43,208 bases of DNA from positions 102,780-145,987 of the forward strand of contig JACRAJ010000002.1 of the NCBI GenBank assembly GCA_016213445.1, given 5' to 3'. The notes under the pieces are model-generated. The model searched no databases. It saw nothing but the letters and a program-made list of their open reading frames with translations, and was not told the origin of the DNA. Source of the stretch: Candidatus Azambacteria bacterium (GTDB lineage: Bacteria; Patescibacteriota; Minisyncoccia; UBA10092). A program made the position numbers and the translations under genes. Positions 31,072 to 41,433 of this stretch are shown piece after piece (the stretch's first letter is position 1; every line of letters starts with the position of its first letter).

Positions 31072-32793
31072 ATGCAAAAACAAAAAATAACGCCGCCGGA
31101 AGTGGTGATCGCAAAATCTCATACTAAGGGGAAAATAAAAATAATTCCTTTGGGCGGACTGGGAGAAATAGGCAGAAATATGACCCTGTTGGAATATGAA
31201 GACAAAATAATAATCATCGATATCGGACTGGGATTCCCGGAACTGGATATGCCCGGCGTTGATTTTACAATCCCCAACGTCAAATATCTGGAAGACAAGA
31301 AAAACAATGTCCTCGGCGCTTTCTTCACGCACGGCCACTACGACCACATCGGCGCCATTCCCTATCTCATCGGAAAAATCGGCAATCCTCCTCTTTTCGG
31401 CGCGCCATTAACCGCCGCCATAATTAAAAAACGCCATTCCGATTTTCCCAACGCGCCAAAACTCAACATTAAATCGGTTAAAGAAGATGAGACGATAAAA
31501 CTCGGCCCTTTTGCGGTAAGTTTTTTCCACGTCAACCACAACATCCCCGACAATTTCGCCATAAAAATCGACACGCCGATCGGCACAATCATCAACACTT
31601 CCGATTTTAAATTCGATCCGCACCCGATCAATGACCGGCCGGCCGACTTGGTAAGAATAAAAAGTTTCGGCGACCAAGGCGTATTAATGCTCATGGAAGA
31701 TTCCACCGGCGCTGAAGAAGAGGGCCACTCAATTTCCGAACAAACAATCAGGGAAAATCTCGAAATAATTTTCAAGCAAGCCGATGGAAGAATTATTGCC
31801 GCCACTTTCGGTTCCCTTTTAAACCGCGTCCAGCAGCTTATCGCTTTGTCCGAAGCTTACGGCCGCAAAGTGGTAATCCAGGGCTTCACGATGAAAAGCA
31901 ACGTGGAAATTTCCAAAGAATTGGGATACATAAAAGCGGAAAAGACTACGCTTATAGACGCCAAAGACATTCACCGTTATCCGGACAATAAAATCACGGT
32001 CATCGGCACCGGCGCGCAGGGCGAAAGCAATGCCTTCCTGATGCGCTACGCCAACGGCGAACATAAAGAAGTGCAGCTTAAAAAAGGAGACACAATTGTC
32101 TTCTCATCCTCGGTTGTGCCCGGCAACGAACGTTCGGTTCAAGCTTTAAAAGACAATCTCTACAAGCGGGGCGCCCACGTTTTCCATTATAAAATGATGG
32201 ATATTCACGCTTCCGGCCACGGCGAACGGGAAGATTTGAGGGAAATGTTGCGGTTGCTCCGCCCCAAATTTTTGATGCCCACGCACGGATATTTTTCAAT
32301 GATGGCGCGACATGCCGAACTCGGCGAAGAAGTTTTGAAAATGCCGAAAGAAAGCATCGCCTTGGCGGAAAACGGGCAAATCGTGGAATTGACGCCGGAT
32401 AAAATTACCGTTACGAAAAATTTCGTAGACTCAAATATCGTGATGGTTGACGGGCTCGGCGTCGGCGACGTAAGCAATGTTGTTTTGCGCGACCGGCAAC
32501 TGATGTCTGCCGATGGAATGTTTGTAATCATTGCCGTTGTCGACAGTCAAACCGGAAAAGTTAAAGGCGAACCGGACATTATTTCGCGCGGCTTCATATA
32601 TATGAAAGAATCCGGAGAACTTTTAAGGCAAACACGCAAAAAAATAAAAGAAACCATCGCAAAAACGGTTATTCCGGGCACCGACATCAACTGGCCGTAC
32701 ATAAGAAACAGCCTAAGAGACAAAATCGGCAAATTTTTGTACACTAAAACCAGACGCCGCCCGATGATCCTTCCGGTAATTGTGGAGATTTAA
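31072..32793 (+). CDS. rnj: Ribonuclease J
   Basis: The ORF is 573 aa. IIPLGGLGEIGRNMTLLEY, the metallo-beta-lactamase motif THGHYDHIG and a beta-CASP region are present. Confidence 0.9.
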   Translation: MQKQKITPPEVVIAKSHTKGKIKIIPLGGLGEIGRNMTLLEYEDKIIIIDIGLGFPELDMPGVDFTIPNVKYLEDKKNNVLGAFFTHGHYDHIGAIPYLIGKIGNPPLFGAPLTAAIIKKRHSDFPNAPKLNIKSVKEDETIKLGPFAVSFFHVNHNIPDNFAIKIDTPIGTIINTSDFKFDPHPINDRPADLVRIKSFGDQGVLMLMEDSTGAEEEGHSISEQTIRENLEIIFKQADGRIIAATFGSLLNRVQQLIALSEAYGRKVVIQGFTMKSNVEISKELGYIKAEKTTLIDAKDIHRYPDNKITVIGTGAQGESNAFLMRYANGEHKEVQLKKGDTIVFSSSVVPGNERSVQALKDNLYKRGAHVFHYKMMDIHASGHGEREDLREMLRLLRPKFLMPTHGYFSMMARHAELGEEVLKMPKESIALAENGQIVELTPDKITVTKNFVDSNIVMVDGLGVGDVSNVVLRDRQLMSADGMFVIIAVVDSQTGKVKGEPDIISRGFIYMKESGELLRQTRKKIKETIAKTVIPGTDINWPYIRNSLRDKIGKFLYTKTRRRPMILPVIVEI

Positions 32794-32815
32794 AAAAAAT
32801 ATAAAATATAAAAAG

Positions 32816-33808
32816 ATGAAAATCATATCGGGCATACAGCCTTCGGGAAAACTTCACATCGGCAATTATTTGGGCGCGATAAAAAATTGGATAAAACTGC
32901 AAAACGATTCCGAAAACGAATGCGCGTTTTTTGTCGCCGACTATCATTCGATTACCGAAGAATTCGATCCGAAAGAAAAACCGAAAGAAATTCTGGATTT
33001 GGCAACGAGCCTTTTGGCTTTAGGGCTTGATCCGGAAAAATCGATAATTTTCCAGCAATCCCAAGTTCCGGGGCACGCCGACTTGGCATGGATTTTCGAC
33101 ACTCTCGTAAAAATACCGGAGCTTGAACGGATGACGCAATTCAAAGACAAGGCCGCCGCGCAAAAAGAAAATATCAATATGGGCCTTTTCGGCTATCCGG
33201 TTTTAATGGCCGCCGACATATTGATACACAAAGCCGACGCCGTTCCCGTCGGCGAAGACCAGACACAGCATTTGGAATTGACGCGGGATATCGCCCGCCG
33301 TTTCAACAACAATTTCGGGCCAACTTTTCCCGAACCGAAATCTCTTTTAACGGAAACTCCGCGGATTATGAGTTTGGTTGATCCTTCCAAAAAAATGTCC
33401 AAATCGGGCGGCGAAAAATCTTACATCGCGCTTTTCGATTCGCCGGAAATCATTAAAGAAAAAATAAAATCCGCCGTAAGCGACACCGGCGGAGGAAAAG
33501 ACAAAAGAATCGGCGGCGACAATCTGCTTGCGATTTTCGACGCTTTCGCGGAAACGAAAGAAGAAAAAAACGAATATTCCAACTACAAAAGAGAGCATGC
33601 GGACGGAAAACTGAAATATTCCGAATTCAAGCCGCGCTTGGCCGAGCTTATCGCAAATCATTTCGCCGATTTCAGGAATCGGTACGCCGAGCTTTCCGAA
33701 AATCCCGACCAAGTGAAAAAAATCTTGGATAGCGGCGCCAAAAAAGCTTCGGCGATAGCCGAAAAAACTTTGCGCGAAGCCAAACAAAAAATCGGTTTGA
33801 TTATTTAA
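32816..33808 (+). CDS. trpS: Tryptophan--tRNA ligase
   Basis: The start is at MKIISGIQPSGKLHIGNYLGA (HIGH-type motif). A KMSKS motif (KKMSKSGG) is present. Confidence 0.9.
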   Translation: MKIISGIQPSGKLHIGNYLGAIKNWIKLQNDSENECAFFVADYHSITEEFDPKEKPKEILDLATSLLALGLDPEKSIIFQQSQVPGHADLAWIFDTLVKIPELERMTQFKDKAAAQKENINMGLFGYPVLMAADILIHKADAVPVGEDQTQHLELTRDIARRFNNNFGPTFPEPKSLLTETPRIMSLVDPSKKMSKSGGEKSYIALFDSPEIIKEKIKSAVSDTGGGKDKRIGGDNLLAIFDAFAETKEEKNEYSNYKREHADGKLKYSEFKPRLAELIANHFADFRNRYAELSENPDQVKKILDSGAKKASAIAEKTLREAKQKIGLII

Positions 33809-33820
33809 AAATTTTTTACA

Positions 33821-33856
33821 AAAGAAAATGCCCCTCTATATCGAGGCATTTTCTTT
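33821..33856. terminator. Hairpin terminator between convergent trpS and the mutase gene
   Basis: AAAGAAAATGCC...GGCATTTTCTTT forms a 12-bp stem with T-rich flanks. It overlaps the last codons of the minus-strand gene. Confidence 0.6.
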
Positions 33857-35107
33857 TTCTATTAATTTCATTAAATCGTCTTTTACCCTATTTAAGATAA
33901 GCTCGTCTTTCGCTTCGATGTTTAAACGGATTAAAGGCTCGGTGTTTGACGGCCTTAAATTAAACCAAAAATCCGGCGTCCGCGCGGTTAAGCCGTCAAG
34001 CCAGTCAAGGTCATAGCCCTCGAAATTTTCGGCTATTTTTTTGATAAGCCTTTCCGGATCGGAAACTTCAAAATTCATTTCCGAAATGGAAACGTATTTT
34101 GAAAGTTCAGAAACCAAAACCGACAAGTTTTTTTTCTCTTCGCTCAATATTTGAAGCATCGTCAAAAAGCTTATAACGCCGGAATCCGCGTAAAAATTAT
34201 TTTTAAAATAATAATGGCCGGAGGTTTCGACGCCCAGAATGCCGCCGACTTCTTTCATGCGCTTTTTGATAAAAGTATGTCCCACTTTTTCTCGAATCGC
34301 TTCTCCGTTATAAATATCAGCAATATCGGAAATGATTTTACTCGCCGTTGCGCTAAACACGATTTTACCGTAAAGATTCCGCTTCAAAAAATATTTTGCC
34401 ATTAAAGCTCCAGCAATCGATGGATTCACCTTTTCTCCATTTTCATCGGTAAAATTGGCGCGATCGCCGTCGGCATCAAAAACACAGCCAAATTGATAAT
34501 GATTATCATCAATTTCAATCGGCAGTTTTTCAACAATCGATTTTAAAATGGGATTAATTACTCCGCCATCGGCGCCAATCATGATTCGCATCGGCCTTAT
34601 AGCATCAATATCGATAAAACTTAAAACATGATTTAAATAATCGCCTTCAATATTTTCTTCTTTAACTTCGCCTTTCAATTCAGAGCGATCGCTTCTTTTT
34701 TCACTAATTATCGCTTCCAAATCTTTAACATTAAAAAAATCAACGCCGCTCTTCATCAGCTTGAAGCCATTCCAACCCTTCGGATTATGAGAAGCGGTTA
34801 TCATGGCGGCCGGAAGATTGAAACGTCCGGAAGCGAAATAAACCATATCAACCGTTGCCAAGCCGATATCCGAAACGTTGAATCCGCCATCTGCCGCGCC
34901 CTCCATGAAAGCTCTTTTTAAAACCGAGGAAGAATCTCTGGCGTCATTGCCGACAAAAATTTTTTCCGGCTTTTCCGTTTCGTTTTCTTTTAAATAAACG
35001 GCGAAAGCGCGGCCGATTTTATACGCCGCTGATTCATCAAGCTCGTCGGGATAAATTCCCCGAATATCGTAAGCCCTGAAAATTTTGGAATCAACCTCGC
35101 TTGTCAT
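33836..35107 (-). CDS. Phosphoglucomutase/phosphomannomutase-family enzyme
   Basis: The ORF is 423 aa. It has the active-site TASHNPKGWNGFK, the metal loop FDADGDRA, and GVETSGH. Confidence 0.85.
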   Translation of the reverse strand: MTSEVDSKIFRAYDIRGIYPDELDESAAYKIGRAFAVYLKENETEKPEKIFVGNDARDSSSVLKRAFMEGAADGGFNVSDIGLATVDMVYFASGRFNLPAAMITASHNPKGWNGFKLMKSGVDFFNVKDLEAIISEKRSDRSELKGEVKEENIEGDYLNHVLSFIDIDAIRPMRIMIGADGGVINPILKSIVEKLPIEIDDNHYQFGCVFDADGDRANFTDENGEKVNPSIAGALMAKYFLKRNLYGKIVFSATASKIISDIADIYNGEAIREKVGHTFIKKRMKEVGGILGVETSGHYYFKNNFYADSGVISFLTMLQILSEEKKNLSVLVSELSKYVSISEMNFEVSDPERLIKKIAENFEGYDLDWLDGLTARTPDFWFNLRPSNTEPLIRLNIEAKDELILNRVKDDLMKLIEKENASI

Positions 35108-35137
35108 ATGTTATTATTATATGCGAAAATTAAATCT

Positions 35138-36184
35138 ATGTCTCTGAAAATAGGAATCGTCGGCCTGCCGAATGTCGGCAAATCGACTCTTTTTAAAGCC
35201 CTTACGAGGGAAAAAGTTAATATCGCCAATTTTCCTTTCGCCACCATCGACCCGAATGTCGGCGTCGTTAAAGTGCCCGACGAGCGGCTTTACAAACTGG
35301 CGGAAATGTCAAAATCGAAAAAAACCATTCCGGCGGCGATTGAATTCGTCGATATCGCCGGGCTTGTTAAAGGCGCCCATGAAGGCGCGGGGCTCGGCAA
35401 CCAATTTTTGGCGAACATCCGCGAAGTCGACGCCATCGCCGAAGTCGTGAGGAATTTTGAAAATCCTGACATAATTCACGTTGAAAATAACGTAAATCCG
35501 CAACGCGACATAGAAACCATCCAGCTTGAATTAGCCATGGCGGATTTGCAGACCGTAAACAAGCATCTGGCTAAAAACGAAAAAGAAGTCAGAAGCGGAC
35601 AAAAATCCGCCCAGGAAGAAAAAATAATCTTGGAAAAAGTAAAAACCGTTTTGGAAGCCGGCGATTTGGCGATAAAAGCCAATTTAGAAACCCAAGAATT
35701 TGATTTGATAAAAAGTTTGAATCTTTTAACCTTAAAGCCGTTTATTTTTGTATTCAATAATAACAACGGCGATTCCGAACATTTAAACCATTTAAATCAT
35801 AAAATAAAAAACGTAGCGATTAATTTGAAATTCGAGGAGGAATTGTCCGAAATGAGCGAAGAGGAAGCGAAGGAATTTAAAAGCGAGTCGCATTTGGACG
35901 ATTTAATAAAAGCGGCTTACGAATTGCTCGGTCTTATCACCTATTTCACCACCGGCGAAGACGAAACCCGCGGCTGGACAATTAAAGCGGGATACGCGGC
36001 GCCGCAAGCCGGCTCGGCAATCCACACCGATTTTGAAGAAAAGTTCATTAAAGCCGAAGTGATAAATTGGGAAAAATTATTGGAATGCGGTTCCTGGTCC
36101 AATGCCCGCCAGAAAGGGATTTTAAGAACCGAAGGCAAAGACTATGTCGTCCAAGACGGCGACGTAATAGAATTTAAAATATAA
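35138..36184 (+). CDS. ychF: Ribosome-binding ATPase YchF
   Basis: The start is at [27 protein letters not shown] is present, and the C-terminal TGS-like region is [15 protein letters not shown]. Confidence 0.9.
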   Translation: MSLKIGIVGLPNVGKSTLFKALTREKVNIANFPFATIDPNVGVVKVPDERLYKLAEMSKSKKTIPAAIEFVDIAGLVKGAHEGAGLGNQFLANIREVDAIAEVVRNFENPDIIHVENNVNPQRDIETIQLELAMADLQTVNKHLAKNEKEVRSGQKSAQEEKIILEKVKTVLEAGDLAIKANLETQEFDLIKSLNLLTLKPFIFVFNNNNGDSEHLNHLNHKIKNVAINLKFEEELSEMSEEEAKEFKSESHLDDLIKAAYELLGLITYFTTGEDETRGWTIKAGYAAPQAGSAIHTDFEEKFIKAEVINWEKLLECGSWSNARQKGILRTEGKDYVVQDGDVIEFKI

Positions 36185-36222
36185 ATTGACAATATTCAGC
36201 GGTTTGTGATAAATTACGGCAA

Positions 36223-36636
36223 ATGAACGAAATGGAAAATAAAAAAGAATACGAGATGTCTTATCTTCTGACACCCGAAATTTCAGAAAATAAAATCGGT
36301 TTCGAAGCCGATGAATTGAAAAAAATCATCGCTGAAAACGGCGGAATTAACATTCAAGCCGAGCCGATTATCCAAAAAAAGCTTGCTTATCCCATCAAAA
36401 AGCAAAATTGGGCTCATTTCGGAGTTTTTTATTTCAACATTGAAAATGAAGAAGGGCTCGAAAAAATGAAAAAAGTTTTCGCTTTAAACAAAAAAGTTTT
36501 AAGATTTTTTATATTAAACCAGTCTATAAAATCAAAACCGGCGGCGGTTGTCGCGCAAGACCAGCCCGAACAAATAACACCGGAATCCCCGGCTCCGAGT
36601 TTTGACCAAAAACTGGAAAGCATATTAAACAGATAA
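36223..36636 (+). CDS. rpsF: 30S ribosomal protein S6
   Basis: YEMSYLLTPE...KLAYPIKK matches the S6 pattern, and the gene sits in an rpsF-ssb-rpsR arrangement. Confidence 0.8.
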   Translation: MNEMENKKEYEMSYLLTPEISENKIGFEADELKKIIAENGGINIQAEPIIQKKLAYPIKKQNWAHFGVFYFNIENEEGLEKMKKVFALNKKVLRFFILNQSIKSKPAAVVAQDQPEQITPESPAPSFDQKLESILNR

Positions 36637-36646
36637 AAATAAAAAA

Positions 36647-37132
36647 ATGAACTTAAACAAAGTTTTCATTTTGGGAAATTTAACTCGCGATCCGGAATTG
36701 AGGCAAACGCCAAGCGGCCAAAATGTTGCCAGTTTTGGCGTTGCCACCAATCGCATGTGGACGAATAGTTCGGGCGAAAAGCAAAACCAAACCGAATTTC
36801 ATAATATTGTTTTGTGGGGCCGATTGGCCGAAATTGCTCACCAATACCTTGCAAAAGGCCGCCTTGTTTTTATCGAAGGAAGAATAAGCACCAGCAGCTG
36901 GCAAGACCAAAACGGCCAAAAAAGAACCCGCACCGAAATTATCGCTGAAAATATGCAGCTTGGCCCTCGCATGGCCGCCGCCCCAAGCTCTTCCTATCCG
37001 GCTCAAGCTCCATCCCAATCGCCGGCGCGAAATTATGCCGAACCGGAGGTTCTGCCCGAGGTGCAATTGGACGAAACTCCGATTACAGCCGCGGAAAGCG
37101 ACGACATAAAAGTTGAAAATATACCTTTTTAA
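36647..37132 (+). CDS. ssb: Single-stranded DNA-binding protein
   Basis: The OB fold reads MNLNKVFILGNLTRDPELRQTPSG...FHNIVLWGRLAE. The acidic tail ends in NIPF. Confidence 0.9.
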   Translation: MNLNKVFILGNLTRDPELRQTPSGQNVASFGVATNRMWTNSSGEKQNQTEFHNIVLWGRLAEIAHQYLAKGRLVFIEGRISTSSWQDQNGQKRTRTEIIAENMQLGPRMAAAPSSSYPAQAPSQSPARNYAEPEVLPEVQLDETPITAAESDDIKVENIPF

Positions 37133-37137
37133 AAAAT

Positions 37138-37371
37138 ATGGAAACTAAAAACCAAAAACCTTTAAACCAAAAAAATATTTGTTATTTTTGCGCTCAAAAC
37201 ATACAAGACGTGGATTATAAAAACACGGAAATATTGCGGCATTTTATTTCCGCCCAAGCAAAAATAATGCCCAGAAGAAGAAGCCACCTTTGCGCTAAAC
37301 ATCAGCGCAAATTGGCAACGGCCGTAAAACGCGCCCGAACTATGGCGCTTTTATCGTTCACGGCGAGATAA
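37138..37371 (+). CDS. rpsR: 30S ribosomal protein S18
   Basis: The ORF is 77 aa. DYKNTEILRHFIS...KIMPRR.S.LCAKHQRKLATAVKRAR is the S18 pattern. Confidence 0.9.
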   Translation: METKNQKPLNQKNICYFCAQNIQDVDYKNTEILRHFISAQAKIMPRRRSHLCAKHQRKLATAVKRARTMALLSFTAR

Positions 37372-37395
37372 CGGGCATTAGAGACCCGCTATTGC

Positions 37396-38409
37396 CTACG
37401 CAAGCGTTGATTTCCTGATTTCCTGCGACAATTTTTTAATCAAATCTTTGTTTTCTTTCAAATACTGGCGGGCGGATTCGAGCCCCTGGCCCAATTTCTG
37501 GTTTTCATAATTTATCCAGGTGCCGGATTTCGAAAGAATCCCGCATTTCAAACCGCAATTTATTATATCCCCTTCCCTGGAAATTCCCTCATTGTACATA
37601 ATGTCGAATTCGGCGATTCTAAACGGCGCCGCCACTTTGTTTTTAACAACTTTCACCGTTACTCTATTGCCAACCACGTCATCGCCTTTTTTGATTTGCG
37701 CGTTTCTTCTGACATCAAGCCGCACCGAGGAATAAAATTTAAGCGCCATTCCGCCCGGTTGAGTTTCGGGATTGCCAAAAAACACGCCAATTTTCATTCT
37801 CAACTGATTTATAAAAATAACAGCCGTGTTGCTTTTGGCGGCAATGGCATTTAATTTTCTCAAAGCTTGCGACATCAGCCGAGCCTGAAGGCCCATGTGC
37901 TGATCGCCCATTTCACCTTCGATTTCCGCTCGAGGCGTAAGAGCGGCAACCGAGTCGACAACAACCACATCGCAAGCGTTAGACCTTACCAAGCTTTCAA
38001 CGATTTCAAGCGCCTGTTCGCCATTATCCGGCTGGGAAATAAGCAAATCGTTCACTTGAACGCCGATTCTTTTGGCGTATTCCGGATCGAGAGCGTGTTC
38101 GGCGTCGACAAATGCGGCCAAACCGCCGCGTTTCTGCGCTTCGCTGACCATATGCAGAGCCAGTGTGGTTTTTCCCGAAGATTCCGGACCGTAAATTTCG
38201 ATAATCCTGCCTTTGGGAATGCCGCCAACCCCGAGCGCCGTATCCAAAGAAAGCGATCCGGTCGGTATCGCATCAACATCAACTTTAGAAACTTCGCCAA
38301 GTTTCATTATCGAGCCGTCGCCAAACCTGTCTTTCAGCGATTTAACCGTTTCATCCAAAACTTTCATTTTATTTTCGATTTCCATTTCTTTTTCTTTTTG
38401 TTTTGCCAT
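37396..38409 (-). CDS. recA: Recombinase RecA
   Basis: The ORF is 337 aa with [12 protein letters not shown] (Walker A), VVVDSVAAL and [10 protein letters not shown]. Confidence 0.95.
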   Translation of the reverse strand: MAKQKEKEMEIENKMKVLDETVKSLKDRFGDGSIMKLGEVSKVDVDAIPTGSLSLDTALGVGGIPKGRIIEIYGPESSGKTTLALHMVSEAQKRGGLAAFVDAEHALDPEYAKRIGVQVNDLLISQPDNGEQALEIVESLVRSNACDVVVVDSVAALTPRAEIEGEMGDQHMGLQARLMSQALRKLNAIAAKSNTAVIFINQLRMKIGVFFGNPETQPGGMALKFYSSVRLDVRRNAQIKKGDDVVGNRVTVKVVKNKVAAPFRIAEFDIMYNEGISREGDIINCGLKCGILSKSGTWINYENQKLGQGLESARQYLKENKDLIKKLSQEIRKSTLA

Positions 38410-38421
38410 AGTTTTTATTTA

Positions 38422-38539
38422 AATTAACCTAATTGCTCTAATTGACCTAATTTCTAATCAAGCTCCAATTTTTAATGTCTAAGGTTTAGTCATTGGGATT
38501 TGAGATTTGATTAGGTTAATTAGAAATTAGAATAATTAG
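38422..38539. repeat. Two inverted arrays of four ATTAG pentamers (7-9-nt spacing) upstream of recA
   Basis: CTAAT occurs at 38429, 38438, 38447 and 38454. ATTAG occurs at 38510, 38519, 38526 and 38535. Two exact 12-nt inverted repeats are present: AATTAACCTAAT/ATTAGGTTAATT and CTAATTTCTAAT/ATTAGAAATTAG. Confidence 0.6.
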
Positions 38540-38548
38540 AAATTTTAA

Positions 38549-39199
38549 TTACGGAGTTTCCCTAAAAATCTGCCTCACTATTTTTGAAGTTTTGCCGAAA
38601 TTATTGGTCGCCTGAACTTCAATGCTATTCACACCATCTGCTAATCGAACCTCTTTCGAAAATCCGCCATCGGAAGAAACAAAAATGTTCTCACCGTTAA
38701 TAGTTAGACGGATGCCGCTGTCTGTCTTCCCGTCCACCGTAATCGATTCCTGTTTAACAATTATATCCTCTTTGGGACTTATCGCCAAATTCGGCGGCCC
38801 GACCAAAAATTTAAATTGATAAACAAGATACGCCAAAAGCGAAATTAAAAGAAAAATCCCAAAAAAAACCGTTATTTTTTTTGGGGTTAAAAAAAATATG
38901 CCGACTTTTTTTGATTCAACGGCCGCCGCGCCGCGAGAAATTGTTTCAACTGCCGGAATTTCTTGATTATATATTTCGATTATTTCATTTTCGCCGATAT
39001 CCAAAAATTTCGAAAGGCGTTTAAAAAGCCCCGCCCGATAAACCGCTGGGGGCAGTTTGTCAAACCGTCCGGCTTCCAGCGCTTCCAAGTGATAAACCTG
39101 AATTTTTGTAAGCTCGCTCAATTTATCCAAGCTCAAATTTTTCGCCTGCCTTTTTTCTTTCAAAAACTCGGGTAATTTTTTTTTATTTTCAGATTCCAT
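38549..39199 (-). CDS. RodZ-like protein (N-terminal XRE-type HTH, one TM helix, C-terminal beta-rich domain)
   Basis: The ORF is 216 aa. LKEKRQAKNLSLDKLSELTKIQVYHLEALEAGRFDKLP is followed by the TM helix ITVFFGIFLLISLLAYLVY. Confidence 0.55.
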   Translation of the reverse strand: MESENKKKLPEFLKEKRQAKNLSLDKLSELTKIQVYHLEALEAGRFDKLPPAVYRAGLFKRLSKFLDIGENEIIEIYNQEIPAVETISRGAAAVESKKVGIFFLTPKKITVFFGIFLLISLLAYLVYQFKFLVGPPNLAISPKEDIIVKQESITVDGKTDSGIRLTINGENIFVSSDGGFSKEVRLADGVNSIEVQATNNFGKTSKIVRQIFRETP

Positions 39200-41321
39200 C
39201 TTCCGTTGAATCGAATTTATCCAAATAAACTTCTCTCGGTTTGGCGCCTTCGCCCGGCCCTATAAATCCGTGCTCTTCCAAAATATCCAAAAGCCGCGCC
39301 GCCCTGGCATAACCAACTCTAAGCCGCCTTTGCAAAAGAGAAGCCGAAGCTTTTTTGGCCTGAAAAACAACCTCTTTCGCCTCTTCAAACATTTCATCGC
39401 CGGCGCTGTCGGAAAAATCTTCAGATGAGAGATCGGGTCCTAATTGCGAACCGCTTTCACCAACCGAAATGTCATCCTCGGCGGCCGCGGCAGGATTTTT
39501 CTCCGCGACATAATCAACAATTTTTTTGATTTCCTTTTCGGAAATAAAAACTCCCTGAATTCGCCGCGGTTTAGCGCTGTCATTCGACAAAAACAGCATG
39601 TCGCCATTGCCCAAAAGTTTCTCCGCGCCGGACATGTCCAAAATAGTGCGGGAATCGACTTGAGACGGCACCTGTAAAGCAACCCTGGCTGAAATATTGG
39701 CTTTGATAAGACCGGTTAAAACCTCAACCGACGGCCTTTGGGTTGAAACCACGAGATGGATGCCGACGGCCCGCGCCATTTGGGCGATACGAACAATCGC
39801 GCCTTCAACTTCTCGTCCGTAAGCGGCCATTAAATCCGCCAATTCATCGATAACGATAACCAGGTACGGCATAAAAGATTCAGGCTCGCGTTTTTTTATA
39901 ATATGATTATTGAAACCGACAATATCCCGAACGCCGTTATCCGACAAGATTTCATAACGGCGCTTCATTTCTTTCACCGCCCACCTCAAAGCGTTGATTG
40001 ATTTTTTTCCGTCGCTTACAACCGGAGTTAAAAGATGCGGCAAATCGCGGTAATAAGCCAGCTCAACCCTTTTCGGATCAATGAGAATGAATTTAAGGCG
40101 GGCAGGGCCATTGCGCCAAATAAGCGAAGTGATAATACTGTGAACGCACACGGATTTGCCCGCGCCGGTGGCGCCGGCAACGAGCAGGTGCGGCATTTTC
40201 GCGAGATCGGAAAAAACCGGCGCGCCGCTGACATCGCGGCCGAGAGCGAAATTCAGAGCATTCAGCTTTTTGAAATTATCGCTGTCAAGCAAACTGCCGA
40301 GCCGAACCAGCGCAATTGATTTATTGGGCACTTCAATGCCGACCAGGGCCTTGCCCGGGATCGGCGCTTCAATTCTTAAAGGATGTGCCGCCAAAGCCAA
40401 AGCCAGATCGTTGTGCAAAGTGATTATTTTTGAAAGTTTAACGCCCTGGGCCGGCCGCAAAGTGTATTGCGTCACGGTCGGGCCCACGTTTACCTCGCCC
40501 ATTTCAACTTCGATTCCGAAATGCTGAAGCGTTCTTTTGATTATGTTGGCATTCGCTTTGATGTCCCCCGACAACGGCTGGTCCTCCGCCCTTTCAATCA
40601 AATCGATAATCGGCGGATGATATTCGCCGCCGGCAAACTTGTAAAGTTTAAGTTCGTCTTCTTCTTTTTTATCGTTGCGGCGCGCTTCGCGCGGCGAAAC
40701 TGCCTTTTCTTCTTTTGCAACCGGCAAGTTCACCACGGGATTCACTTCGCCGGAATTTTCGTTTTTTATTTGCTTGGCCGCTTCTTCTTTTTTTCCTTCG
40801 CTTTCTTCATTTTCTTCGCCTTCTTCTTCATCGTCCCTGCCGATTTTCAGCGGAATGTTCAATGTCATTATTAGAGAAATGCAACTAAAAGCGATTAAAA
40901 GAACCAATGAAGCCCAAAATCCGAAAATTTTATTCAAAGAAGCCGCCATAATATAACCGATAATGCCGGAATAGTTATTTGAAAATGAAAGCCCTAAAAT
41001 TCCCAAAATCGACAAAAAAAGCGCAAAGGCACCAAAAATCGTCGCAAAATAAATATGCTGGCGGCGCGATTTCAAAAACTCGAAAGCCATCATTAAAAAC
41101 ACCGCCGGCAAAATGAAATATCCCCAGCCGAACAAATAAGCGAAGCCTTTGTAAAGCAATTCGCCGAAAGGGCCCGCTTCATGCCAAATGCTTAAAAAAA
41201 CGACAATCGCGAAACTGAAAAACAAAATAGCCAAAATGGCCTTCTTGGTCTGTTCTTCCAAATCTAAAAGCGGTTTTTTTGAAACTGCCGGCGCCGATTT
41301 TAATTTCTTTTTTTTCGCCAT
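39189..41321 (-). CDS. ftsK: DNA translocase FtsK
   Basis: The ORF is 710 aa with N-terminal TM helices, a charged linker, HLLVAGATGAGKSV (Walker A), VIDELADLM, and a C-terminal winged-helix gamma domain (LLQRRLRVGYARAARLLD). Confidence 0.9.
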   Translation of the reverse strand: MAKKKKLKSAPAVSKKPLLDLEEQTKKAILAILFFSFAIVVFLSIWHEAGPFGELLYKGFAYLFGWGYFILPAVFLMMAFEFLKSRRQHIYFATIFGAFALFLSILGILGLSFSNNYSGIIGYIMAASLNKIFGFWASLVLLIAFSCISLIMTLNIPLKIGRDDEEEGEENEESEGKKEEAAKQIKNENSGEVNPVVNLPVAKEEKAVSPREARRNDKKEEDELKLYKFAGGEYHPPIIDLIERAEDQPLSGDIKANANIIKRTLQHFGIEVEMGEVNVGPTVTQYTLRPAQGVKLSKIITLHNDLALALAAHPLRIEAPIPGKALVGIEVPNKSIALVRLGSLLDSDNFKKLNALNFALGRDVSGAPVFSDLAKMPHLLVAGATGAGKSVCVHSIITSLIWRNGPARLKFILIDPKRVELAYYRDLPHLLTPVVSDGKKSINALRWAVKEMKRRYEILSDNGVRDIVGFNNHIIKKREPESFMPYLVIVIDELADLMAAYGREVEGAIVRIAQMARAVGIHLVVSTQRPSVEVLTGLIKANISARVALQVPSQVDSRTILDMSGAEKLLGNGDMLFLSNDSAKPRRIQGVFISEKEIKKIVDYVAEKNPAAAAEDDISVGESGSQLGPDLSSEDFSDSAGDEMFEEAKEVVFQAKKASASLLQRRLRVGYARAARLLDILEEHGFIGPGEGAKPREVYLDKFDSTEDGI

Positions 41322-41433
41322 GTCGTTTTCGAAAATTCCGATTACTAACGGTTATTTTAGAATAAAAAAAAGCCGCTGGCAAGCTGCATTGGAAATTTTT
41401 CCAACGCGGCAAACCACACGGCTTGCGTTAAAC

